From a bacterium UBP2_UBA2255 (GTDB taxonomy: Bacteria > Edwardsbacteria > AC1 > EtOH8): a DNA stretch of 64,000 nt. The DNA lies in contig DDXR01000038.1 in NCBI GenBank assembly GCA_002347565.1, positions 9,909 to 73,908 of the forward strand, given 5' to 3'. Made by a program: the position numbers and the translations under genes. Below are positions 10,517-18,368 of this stretch, piece after piece. Below the pieces are notes generated by a model. That model saw only the letters and a program-made list of their open reading frames with translations, did not search any database and was not told the DNA's origin. The stretch's first letter is position 1; every line of letters begins with the position of its first letter.

Positions 10517-11062
10517 CCGCCTCCAGCAACAGGGCCACCGGCTGCTGCACCACGAACAGCATTGCCGCAGCGATCTGCCGCAGCCGCCCGGACGTTACCT
10601 GGCGCAGCCAGAGACCGACGCGTCCGTGGCGTTGAACGGCGACAATGCGGAAACCGCATTCCGCGGAGATCCGCCGCAATGATCGCATGGTAAAGGAGGC
10701 CGGGTGCCGCTCGTCGATCCGAAGCAGCTCCGCGGCACGCCTGACCGACCACCCCCAGGCGTTGAACACGCTGACCCGCAAGTAAAGCAGCCCGCCGGGC
10801 CGCAGCGCCCGGTTGATCTGCACCAATGCCCGAGACGGATCTTCGCAATGGTCCAGCACGTTGTCACAGACAGCCAGGGAGAATGTCCGGGGGCGGCAGG
10901 GGAGCTCCTCGGCACGAGCGGCAGCGTAGCAGACGCCCGGATCTATCCTCCCGGACCGTGCCCGCCACCACGCAAGCTCGCCGTATTGCGCCTGCTGCCA
11001 GCGCCCCTGGGCCCGTTCCGTGCGGCCAGCGTCCCGCGCGGACGGGGCTGCGACGGTCACTC
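10509..11062 (-). CDS. class I SAM-dependent methyltransferase-like protein, degenerate paralog of the gene at 40737-41471 (likely non-functional)
   Basis: Motif post-II/III (FSLAVCDNVLDHCEDPSRALVQINRALRPGGLLYL) is conserved. Motif I is IDPGVCYAA versus VLDAGCSDGYV in the paralog, and ~35 aa including motif II are missing. There is no room for a longer N-terminus because the GT4 gene ends at 11057. The listed 465-aa ORF is a read-through artefact. Confidence 0.45.
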
Positions 11063-12085
11063 TCGGCCCCCGTGGCGCTTCTTCAGGAAGATCCACACCA
11101 GCGCCGAGAACAGGATCACCAGGATGGAGATCAAACGGCGGTCGGCCGAGGACAGCAGGATGGCCAGGATGCCGAAGAACCCCGACACGCCGTAAAGGAA
11201 CGCGACCGCTCCCTGGTGGGTGAAGCCCATGGTGATCAGCAGATGGTGGACGTGCTCCTTGTCGGCCAGGTAGAACTTCTGGCCGCGCCAGGTGCGCCGG
11301 ATCACGGCGCCCACCGTATCGGCTATCGGCACGCCCAGGGCCGCGATCGGGATCAGCAGGGCGATGGTGGCGATGCTCTTCATGGTCCCCAGCGCGGTCA
11401 TCGCGCCCAGGGCGTACCCCAGGAAGGTGGCGCCGGAATCGCCCATGAAGATCCGCGCCGGATGGAAATTGAAGGGCAGGAACCCCAGCATGCAACCGGC
11501 GGTCACCAGGGCCAGCAGCGAAATGAACGCCTCGCCGTGGGATCCTGCGGAGAAGAAGATGGTGAGCCCGGCGATGGCGGTGATGCCGCCGGCCAGACCG
11601 TCCAGGCCGTCGATGAAGTTGATGGCATTGATGAAGAAAACTATCCAGACCATGGTGAAGGGATAGCTTAACAGGCCCAGCTCGAACACGCCGCCGAACG
11701 GGCTGGGCAGGACCCGGATGTTGAACCCGGCAAACACCAGGATGGCGGCCGCCACGAACTGGGCCAGGAACCGGACGCCCACCGAAGCGTCCCGCAGGTC
11801 GTCGTACAGCCCGATGCCGAACACCACCAGGCCGCCGGCGGTGAATGCCAGCATTTTCACCGTGTCCTGGCCCAGCGCGGCGGGCCAGGTCAGGCGCGCC
11901 AGCCACATGCCTCCCAGCACCGACAGCACGATGGCCACCCCGCCCAGCACCGGGACGGCCTTGTCATGGACCTTGCGCAGGCCGGGCCGGTCGAACGCGC
12001 GGTACCTCATGGCCAGCGCCAGCGCCAGTGGCGTGACGGCCAGGGCCAGCACCGACGATCCGAAGAACGATATCAGGTAGAGCAT
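11057..12085 (-). CDS. glycosyltransferase family 4 (MraY/WecA-like polyprenyl-phosphate sugar-1-phosphate transferase)
   Basis: Polytopic protein with DDxxD-like LYDDLRD, NAINFIDGLDGLAGG and FMGDSGATFLGY motifs. Confidence 0.8.
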   Translation of the reverse strand: MLYLISFFGSSVLALAVTPLALALAMRYRAFDRPGLRKVHDKAVPVLGGVAIVLSVLGGMWLARLTWPAALGQDTVKMLAFTAGGLVVFGIGLYDDLRDASVGVRFLAQFVAAAILVFAGFNIRVLPSPFGGVFELGLLSYPFTMVWIVFFINAINFIDGLDGLAGGITAIAGLTIFFSAGSHGEAFISLLALVTAGCMLGFLPFNFHPARIFMGDSGATFLGYALGAMTALGTMKSIATIALLIPIAALGVPIADTVGAVIRRTWRGQKFYLADKEHVHHLLITMGFTHQGAVAFLYGVSGFFGILAILLSSADRRLISILVILFSALVWIFLKKRHGGRE

Positions 12086-12096
12086 CGCGTGCCTCT

Positions 12097-12121
12097 ATGC
12101 GACAATGCCGCCCCGGCGACC
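12097..12121 (-). terminator. GC-rich hairpin downstream of gcvPA (possible terminator or attenuator)
   Basis: GCCGCCCCGG-CGA-CCGGGGCGGC palindrome in the 62-nt gcvPA/GT4 spacer; no clear U tract. Confidence 0.3.
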
Positions 12122-12147
12122 GGGGCGGCGTCGCCGGTTGCGCCGTC

Positions 12148-13464
12148 TCACGGGGCGATCTCGCCCGCCAGCCGGTCGATCTCCTCCCGGGTGCGCTTCT
12201 CGGTGACTGCCACCAGCAGGCGGCCGGACAGCTCGGGATAGAAGCGGCCCAGGTCGAGGCCGGGGCAGATCCCCTGGCGCCCGAGCTCCTCGATCAGCCG
12301 TGCCGGCGGGATTCCGGTCTCCACCGCGAACTCCTTGAAGAACGGCGCCCCGAAGGACGGCTTGACCCTTTCCGCCAAATAGTGGCTCTTCTGCAGGCAC
12401 AGCTCGGCCACGCGCTTCAGGCCCTCCCGGCCCAGCAGGGTCAGGTAGACCGTGGCCGCCAGCGCGCACAACGCCTCGTTGGAGCAGATGTTGGAGGTGG
12501 CCTTTTCCCGCCGGATGTGCTGTTCGCGCGCCTGCATGGTCAGCACCGCCCCCTCGCGGCCCTGAGCGTCGGTGGTCAGTCCGGCAATCCGGCCGGGCAT
12601 CAGCCTCAGGAAGTCCTTCCTGACGGCGAACAACCCCAGGCAAGGCCCGCCGAATCCCTGCGCCAACCCCAGCGGCTGGCCCTCGCCGGTGGCGACATCG
12701 GCCCCGTACCAGCCGGGCGTCGTGAGGATGCCCAGCGAGACCGGGTCGACCGAGACGCAGAACAGCGCCCCCCGCCGGTGGGCGATCTCCCCGATCTGCT
12801 CCACCGGTTCCAGGCAGCCGAAGAAGTTCGGGTGCTGCGCCAGCACGCCGGCGGTGCCGTCCGTGACCGCGGTCGCCAGCGCGTCCAAGTCGGCCTGGCC
12901 GTCGCGCCACCCGATCTCCTTGATCTCGACGCCCAGCCCCCGGCAGTATGTCCCCAGGACTTCCCGATAGTGGGGGTGCACCGAGCGCAGCACGACCAGC
13001 CGCTTCCGCCTGGTATGGTTGCAGGCCAGCGTCCCGGCCTCGGCCAGCGCGGTGGCGCCGTCGTACATCGAGGCGTTGGCCGCGTCCATGCCGGTGAGGG
13101 CGCAGACCAGGCTCTGGAACTCGTAGATCGCCTGCAGCGTTCCCTGGCTGACCTCCGCCTGGTAGGGCGTGTAGGCGGTGTAGAACTCGGAGCGCAGCAG
13201 GATATGGTCGACGGCAGCCGGGACGTAGTGGTCGTAGATCCCGCCGCCCAGGAACGAGACCGCGGACGACGCCGGCGCGTTCTGCGCCGCCAGCGCTCCC
13301 AGGTGCTTGACCGCCTCCATCTCGGACAGCGCTGCCGGGAGCCGAAGCTCGGCCTTGCACCGGATCTCCGGCGGGATGTCGGCGATCAGCTCGTCGAAGG
13401 ACTTGACGCCGATCTTCTTGAGCATGTCCGCGCGGTTGCTGTCAGTATTCGGTATGAAAGCCAT
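12148..13464 (-). CDS. gcvPA: glycine dehydrogenase (decarboxylating) subunit 1
   Basis: AYTPYQAEVSQGTLQAIYEFQSLVCALTGMDAANASMYDGATA and overall length match GcvPA; no gcvPB follows. Confidence 0.88.
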   Translation of the reverse strand: MAFIPNTDSNRADMLKKIGVKSFDELIADIPPEIRCKAELRLPAALSEMEAVKHLGALAAQNAPASSAVSFLGGGIYDHYVPAAVDHILLRSEFYTAYTPYQAEVSQGTLQAIYEFQSLVCALTGMDAANASMYDGATALAEAGTLACNHTRRKRLVVLRSVHPHYREVLGTYCRGLGVEIKEIGWRDGQADLDALATAVTDGTAGVLAQHPNFFGCLEPVEQIGEIAHRRGALFCVSVDPVSLGILTTPGWYGADVATGEGQPLGLAQGFGGPCLGLFAVRKDFLRLMPGRIAGLTTDAQGREGAVLTMQAREQHIRREKATSNICSNEALCALAATVYLTLLGREGLKRVAELCLQKSHYLAERVKPSFGAPFFKEFAVETGIPPARLIEELGRQGICPGLDLGRFYPELSGRLLVAVTEKRTREEIDRLAGEIAP

Positions 13465-13477
13465 TCTTCGTCCTCAA

Positions 13478-13515
13478 CATCTAAACGTTGTAAACGTTAC
13501 AAACGTTTACACGTC
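13478..13515. repeat. AT-rich tandem array of AAACGTT units (9-nt period, 3-4 copies) between gcvPA and gcvH
   Basis: ctAAACGTTgtAAACGTTacAAACGTTtacACGTc; same core as the arrays flanking the four-helix-bundle gene at 57.6-58.1 kb. Confidence 0.6.
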
Positions 13516-13520
13516 CGGGA

Positions 13521-13907
13521 TCAGTGGCCGTGCTTCTCCATCTTATCGTAGGCGTCGGCGTCCATCAGCTTTGCGGCCTCGGCCGGGTCCGACAGCTTGA
13601 TCTTGACCATCCAGCCCTTGCCGTAGGCGTCCTTGTTGACCGCGTCGGGCGAGCCCTGCAGGTCGCCGTTGGTCGCGACCACCTCGCCGGAGAGCGGGGC
13701 GTTGAGATCGGAGACCGCCTTGACCGCCTCCACCGTGCCGAACGGCTTGCCCGCGCCGACCGTGGCGCCCACCGCCGGCAGCTCGACGAACACGATGTCG
13801 CCCAGCTCGCCCTGCGCGAAGTCGGTGATGCCCACCGTGGCCACGCCGTTTTCTATCCGCACCCACTCGTGGCTGGCCGTGTACTTCAGGTCCTTGGGGA
13901 AGTTCAT
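13521..13907 (-). CDS. gcvH: glycine cleavage system H protein
   Basis: YTASHEWV...GITDFAQGELGDIVFVELP...GTVEAVKAVSDLNAPLSGEV carries the lipoyl-lysine motif; ATG at 13907. The listed 419-aa ORF is over-extended. Confidence 0.9.
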   Translation of the reverse strand: MNFPKDLKYTASHEWVRIENGVATVGITDFAQGELGDIVFVELPAVGATVGAGKPFGTVEAVKAVSDLNAPLSGEVVATNGDLQGSPDAVNKDAYGKGWMVKIKLSDPAEAAKLMDADAYDKMEKHGH

Positions 13908-13942
13908 GACCGGAACTCCTATTCTATTGTGCGATTGATGGC

Positions 13943-15043
13943 CTACTTGTGCGTCCCGTGCTTGTAGAAGGGCGTCTCCACCACCTTCGCGGGCACGCCC
14001 TTGCCGCGGATCTCGACCTCGAACGAATCGCCGGTTTTGGAGAACTCGGTCGCGACGTAGGCCGTGCCGATGCCCTTGGCCACCGAGGGCGAGAACACGC
14101 CGCTGGTCACTTCGCCGATCTGTTTGCCGTCCTTCATCACCTTGTAGTGCTGGCGCGGGAAGGCGTTGCCCTCGACCTCGAAGCCGACCAGCTTGCGCTT
14201 GACGCCGCCGGCCTTCTGCTTGAGCAGCACGTCCTTGCCGTTGAAATCGCCCTGCTTCTTGAGCTTGGTGATCCAGCCCAGGCCCGCCTCCAGCGGCGTG
14301 GTGGTCTGGTCGATGTCGTTCCCGTACAGGCAGTACTTCATCTCCAAGCGCAGGCTGTCGCGCGCCCCCAGCCCGATGGGCTTCAGGTCGAACTCGGCGC
14401 CGGCCTTGAACAGCGCGTCCCAGATTTGATCGGCATACTTGACGTCGAAGTACAGCTCGAACCCGTCCTCGCCGGTGTAGCCGGTGCGCGACACGATCAT
14501 CTCGATCCCGTCCACCTTGCCGACCTTGAACCAGTAGAACTTCATCTCGGACAGCTTCAGGTCGCAGATCTTCTGCAGCAATTGCTCGGCCGTGGGCCCC
14601 TGCAAGGCCAATTGCGCGACCTGATCGCTGGTGTTCTTCAATGTGACATTGAAACCTTTCGCCTGCTCCTGCAGCCAGGCGAAGTCCTTGTCGACGTTGG
14701 AGGCGTTGACCACCAGGAAGAAGTGGTCGGGGAACCGGTAGACCAGCAGGTCGTCGACGATGCCGGCGTCCCGGTAGCACATGGCGGAGTACTGCACCTG
14801 GTCCACCGCCAGCGCCGCCGGGTCGTTGACCGTGACGAACGAGACGAACTTCAGCGCGTCCGGGCCCCGCACCTCGATCTCGCCCATGTGCGAGACGTCG
14901 AACAGCCCGGCCCTGGCGCGGACGTGGCGGTGCTCGTCGATGATCCCGAAGAACTGCACCGGCATCAGGAAGCCGGCGAACGGCACGACCTTGCCGCCGT
15001 GCTTCAGGTGCTGGTCGTAGAACGGTGTCTTCTTCTCCATCGT
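13943..15043 (-). CDS. gcvT: glycine cleavage system aminomethyltransferase T
   Basis: TPFYDQHLKHGGKVVPFAGFLMPVQF...GLFDVSHMGEIEVRG matches GcvT; start taken at MEKKTPFYD (alternative at 15121). Confidence 0.88.
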   Translation of the reverse strand, partial: TMEKKTPFYDQHLKHGGKVVPFAGFLMPVQFFGIIDEHRHVRARAGLFDVSHMGEIEVRGPDALKFVSFVTVNDPAALAVDQVQYSAMCYRDAGIVDDLLVYRFPDHFFLVVNASNVDKDFAWLQEQAKGFNVTLKNTSDQVAQLALQGPTAEQLLQKICDLKLSEMKFYWFKVGKVDGIEMIVSRTGYTGEDGFELYFDVKYADQIWDALFKAGAEFDLKPIGLGARDSLRLEMKYCLYGNDIDQTTTPLEAGLGWITKLKKQGDFNGKDVLLKQKAGGVKRKLVGFEVEGNAFPRQHYKVMKDGKQIGEVTSGVFSPSVAKGIGTAYVATEFSKTGDSFEVEIRGKGVPAKVVETPFYKHGTHK

Positions 15044-15133
15044 CTTCCCTTTATCTGTACTCTGCGACAATGTTTGCACGACCCTGTCGCGGGCATCGGA
15101 CCGCCAATCGCGAACGACCAACAGCCGTTCGGC

Positions 15134-15496
15134 TCAGCCGACCAGCTCCCGGATCTTCTCCAGCAGCTCGGCGATCTTGAACGGCTTGGTGAAATAGGCG
15201 TCGGCCCCGGCCGCGATCCCGGCCTGGATGTCCGCGCTCTCGATCTTGGCGGTCAGCAGGATGATCTTGACCGCGGCCAGCCCCGGGTCGGCCTTGATGG
15301 CGCGGCAGACCTCGAAGCCGTCGATGCCGGGCATCATGATGTCCAGCACCACCAGCTCGGGCCGATGGTTCTTCACCAGCTCCAGGGCGCTGGCGCCGCT
15401 GTATGCCATCAGCGGCTCGTAGCCGTTGCGGGTCAGCACCTCGGAGATCAGGAACAGAATGTTGGCGTCGTCGTCGACGATCAGAATCTTCTTCAT
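15134..15496 (-). CDS. single-domain response regulator (CheY-like receiver)
   Basis: KILIVDDD...LVVLDIMMPGIDGFEVCR...LLTAK, 120 aa with no output domain. Confidence 0.8.
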   Translation of the reverse strand: MKKILIVDDDANILFLISEVLTRNGYEPLMAYSGASALELVKNHRPELVVLDIMMPGIDGFEVCRAIKADPGLAAVKIILLTAKIESADIQAGIAAGADAYFTKPFKIAELLEKIRELVG

Positions 15497-15556
15497 TGCC
15501 GCCTCTGCGTTGCGTCGCCGGTGCCGCCGGGATTATACCCCAACCGCCGGAAAAAG

Positions 15557-17677
15557 TTAAGCGTTTTCTTGGCGGACGGCCGGGGTCGGCCAGCCGGCGA
15601 TCCGAGACCGCAGCAGCACCGCCAGGGCGTCGATGGCGCAGCGCTCCTGGGCCATGGTGTCGCGGTCGCGCACGGTCGCCGTGCCGTCCTGCAGGGTCTG
15701 GAAATCGACCGTGACGCAGAACGGCGTGCCGATCTCGTCCTGCCGCCGGTAGAGCTTGCCAATGCCGGCGGTGTCGTCGTACACGGCGCGGAAATCCGCC
15801 TGCAGCCGCTTCTTGACGCGCTGGGCCGTCTCGACGATGGCCGGCTCGTTCTTCTTGAGCGGCAGCACCGCCACGGTCACCGGGGCCAGCACCGGGTGCA
15901 GCCGCAGCACCACCCGGGTGTGCTCGTCGCACAGCCTGGCGCACGCCGCCCTGGCCTTCTTGACCAGGTCGAGCCGGTCGGCGCCGGGCAGGCCGCAGGC
16001 GCCGTCGACCTGCAGCAGCGAGTCCGGCAGCCCGGCCACGGCGGCGGCCAGCGCCGACTCGATGGTCCGCAGCTGCCCCGGCGTCGGGACGGCTTCGGCC
16101 GGCCGCTTCTCCGCCTCGGCGATCCGCTTGGCGATGTTCTTGAGGGCCGCCGCGGCGGCCTCGCGCAGCGGCGCCAGGGCCGCTTCCGCCGGCGCCGAGA
16201 GCTGCTCCTCCCCGTAGGCCTCGCACAGAAAAGCCAGCGTGGCCCGGGTGGCGCCGGCCGACGGCTCGATCACGAACGGGACGTACTTGGCGCCCTTCTT
16301 GCCGGTCTGCGGATCGGCGTAGGACTCGTCGAAGTACTCCAGCTTCTCCGTGGAGTGCCCGTTCCTGGCCAGCTTCAGCCGCGCCAGGGCGTCATCTGGC
16401 ACGTCCCGGCTGTGGGCCGTCAGGTCGTAGTCCTGGCGGTTGGCCACGCCCTCGATCTCGCTCCAGCCCAGGCTGCCCGGGAACAGGTACTCGATGTCCA
16501 CCGTGCGCTTGGCGTAGTGGGCCAGCTCCTTCGGCTCCTGCTCCCGCTGCCGCAGCCTGGCCGGGTCGATCCCCAGGCCGACGTACCAGCGGAACCGCGC
16601 CTGCAGCCACTCCTCGTGGAGCTGCTCGTCGTTCTTCTCGCCATCCTTCAGGAACCGCGGCGGCTTGCAGAAGTACTCGATCTCCATCTGCTCGAACTCG
16701 CGGGTGCGGAAGGTGAAGTTGCCGGGCGTGATCTCGTTGCGGAAGGCCTTGCCCACCTGGGCCACGCCGAACGGCAGCTTGCGCCGCGAGGACTGCAGGA
16801 TGTTGAGGAAATTGACGAAGATGCCCTGGGCGGTTTCGGGCCGCAGGTAGGTGAGGCCGGACTCGTCCTCCACCGGCCCGACATGGGTCCGGAACATGCC
16901 GTTGAACATCCGGGGCGCGGTCAGCTCGCCCCCGCACTCCGGGCATGTTTTTTCTAGGTATAACTCTAATTGTTCTACTTGATATGCTTTGACTTCGATG
17001 TTGAATTTCTTACCCCCTACAACCAAACATAAAGTCCCTCGACTATACAATGGCATTGATAGATGGTTAAAAGCAAAAAATATTGGGCCAGATGACGACT
17101 CTAGCTCCATGCCTACTGCTGGATCATAATAAGGGAATTCACCCGGTCTAGCTTTCCGTGTGATTGGAATCACAACATCGTTGTTAATGCAAAGTTTAAC
17201 GTCTTCGATCCTAACAACAGAGCCGGTTGCATTTGTTATGTCGATAAGACCTACTTTTAAGTACTTGTCATTGTTCTCATCAACGATTCGCACTACTCTT
17301 GATATCGCCTTGACACATATACCCTCACTACTGAATTCTCTGACAGAGTTGTAGGTAACTTGATCAGCACGATACCGCTTCTTACAATTTTTACAATCTT
17401 GAAGCGGGTCGGTGAAGGTGGCCTCGTGGCCGGAGTACTGCCAGACCAAACGGTTCATCAGGATGGCCGAGTCCAGGCCGTCCATGTCATCGCGGTCGTA
17501 GACCACGGCCTGCCACCAGGCGCGGATGACGTTGTTCTTCAGCTCCACGCCCAGCGGGCCGTAGTCCCAGGTGGAGCCCACGCCGCCGTAGATCTCGGAG
17601 GACTGGAACACGAAACCGCGCCGCTTGCAGAGCGAGACCAGTTTGTCGAAGGTGTTGTCGGGCTTATAGGGCTGCAT
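15557..17677 (-). CDS. glyQS: glycine--tRNA ligase (alpha2 type) carrying a ~150-aa low-GC in-frame insertion
   Basis: N-terminus MQPYKPDNTFDKLVSLCKRRGFVFQSSEIYGG, FRNEITPGNFTFRTREFEQMEIEYF and the C-terminal anticodon-binding domain match GlyRS. Residues ~93-246 are encoded by AT-rich DNA. Confidence 0.88.
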   Translation of the reverse strand: MQPYKPDNTFDKLVSLCKRRGFVFQSSEIYGGVGSTWDYGPLGVELKNNVIRAWWQAVVYDRDDMDGLDSAILMNRLVWQYSGHEATFTDPLQDCKNCKKRYRADQVTYNSVREFSSEGICVKAISRVVRIVDENNDKYLKVGLIDITNATGSVVRIEDVKLCINNDVVIPITRKARPGEFPYYDPAVGMELESSSGPIFFAFNHLSMPLYSRGTLCLVVGGKKFNIEVKAYQVEQLELYLEKTCPECGGELTAPRMFNGMFRTHVGPVEDESGLTYLRPETAQGIFVNFLNILQSSRRKLPFGVAQVGKAFRNEITPGNFTFRTREFEQMEIEYFCKPPRFLKDGEKNDEQLHEEWLQARFRWYVGLGIDPARLRQREQEPKELAHYAKRTVDIEYLFPGSLGWSEIEGVANRQDYDLTAHSRDVPDDALARLKLARNGHSTEKLEYFDESYADPQTGKKGAKYVPFVIEPSAGATRATLAFLCEAYGEEQLSAPAEAALAPLREAAAAALKNIAKRIAEAEKRPAEAVPTPGQLRTIESALAAAVAGLPDSLLQVDGACGLPGADRLDLVKKARAACARLCDEHTRVVLRLHPVLAPVTVAVLPLKKNEPAIVETAQRVKKRLQADFRAVYDDTAGIGKLYRRQDEIGTPFCVTVDFQTLQDGTATVRDRDTMAQERCAIDALAVLLRSRIAGWPTPAVRQENA
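16955..17395 (-). other. low-GC in-frame insertion inside the glyQS zinc ribbon (candidate intein-like or horizontally acquired insertion domain)
   Basis: ~440 nt of ~35% GC with AGA/ATA/TTA codons and no stop in frame. It separates the two CxxC knuckles (DCKNCKK ... CPECGG) by ~150 aa; without residues C121-T246 the knuckles would sit ~25 aa apart, as in typical GlyRS. Confidence 0.6.
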
Positions 17678-17760
17678 GATCGCATCGTTTCGCTGGAATG
17701 GTAATTATACTCCCAATAAATGAGGAAAATCAAGGATAAATAGCTGCGACCGGCCAAAGA

Positions 17761-17786
17761 GCGAGCCGCCCTGCCGGGCGGCTCGC
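17761..17786 (-). terminator. rho-independent terminator after the small T9SS gene
   Basis: GCGAGCCGCCC-TGCC-GGGCGGCTCGC hairpin; on the minus transcript it is followed by UCUUUGG. Confidence 0.5.
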
Positions 17787-17817
17787 TGCGGGGACTATCG
17801 CTGGACTGTCGCGGGAC

Positions 17818-18360
17818 CTACCTGACCACGGTCAGCTTCTGGGTCAGGCTCCGTCCCGCTGCGGTCAGCCGCAGCAGGTAGACGCCGGTGGCCACGGTCC
17901 GGCCGCGCTCGTCCCGGCCGTTCCAGCGCACCGAGTGCCACCCCGCCGGCCGGTCGCCGTCGAGCAGCACCGAGACCTCCTGCCCGATGATGTTGTAGAC
18001 CCGCAGCAAAACGCGATCGTTGCGCGGCAGGCCGAACCTGATGGTGGGCTGCAGACCGGGGTTGGGCCAGGGGCGGTCCAAGGTCAGGTTTTTGGGGAGA
18101 GGTTGCGCAGTCCCGCCCTGTTGGTTCGCCGCCACGCCGGCGGGTCCGGCGCCGATGGGATAGAACCCGCCGGCCTCGTGGTAGCTCGCGCTGGCGGCCA
18201 TTCCGCCGAAGGGGAAGCCGGTCGAATGCTCGAGAAAATAGGACGCGGACGCCGCCTTGGCGGAGCCGCCGGACAAGCCGTCCTGCAGCAAGAGGAACTG
18301 CGCGGCCCCCGGCGAGGCCGCCAGCAGCGCCAGCAACATCACTGGTAGTATTATCTTCAT
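17818..18360 (-). CDS. small secreted protein with T9SS (Por) C-terminal sorting domain
   Basis: Signal peptide MKIILPVMLLALLAASPGAAQ. C-terminus RVYNIIGQEVSVLLDG...WNGRDERGRTVATGVYLLRLTAAGRSLTQKLTVVR is a type A T9SS CTD. Confidence 0.7.
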   Translation of the reverse strand: MKIILPVMLLALLAASPGAAQFLLLQDGLSGGSAKAASASYFLEHSTGFPFGGMAASASYHEAGGFYPIGAGPAGVAANQQGGTAQPLPKNLTLDRPWPNPGLQPTIRFGLPRNDRVLLRVYNIIGQEVSVLLDGDRPAGWHSVRWNGRDERGRTVATGVYLLRLTAAGRSLTQKLTVVR

Positions 18361-18368
18361 TGTTACAC

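Noticed and set aside
10509-11906. 465-aa ORF as a single gene
   Set aside because: Its upstream two-thirds overlap the well-supported GT4 gene (11057-12085) in another frame; only the last ~183 codons, with methyltransferase homology, are plausible coding.
15044-15133. Glycine riboswitch upstream of gcvT
   Set aside because: The spacer is only ~90 nt and lacks the conserved GGAGAG / ACCGAAGGGGCAA-type aptamer cores; no tandem aptamer could fit.
13949-16957. 1002-aa plus-strand ORF
   Set aside because: It is antisense to gcvT, the response regulator and glyQS, all of which have clear homology. A low-complexity Arg/Gly/Leu-rich translation is the hallmark of a GC-rich artefact ORF. The same applies to 8..724, 1703..3076, 4067..5635, 6820..8430, 26570..28351, 29912..31693, 31678..33165, 34032..36566 and 59346..60803.
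16955-17395. Canonical intein inside glyQS
   Set aside because: The insert is flanked Cys...Cys, but I could not find a terminal His-Asn or convincing Hint blocks. It is kept as an intein-like or insertion-domain hypothesis and not called a mobile_element.
17678-17817. T-box leader upstream of glyQS
   Set aside because: A 140-nt spacer is too short for a T-box (>200 nt). It contains only a terminator hairpin for the upstream gene, and no AGGGUGGNACCGCG T-box sequence was seen.
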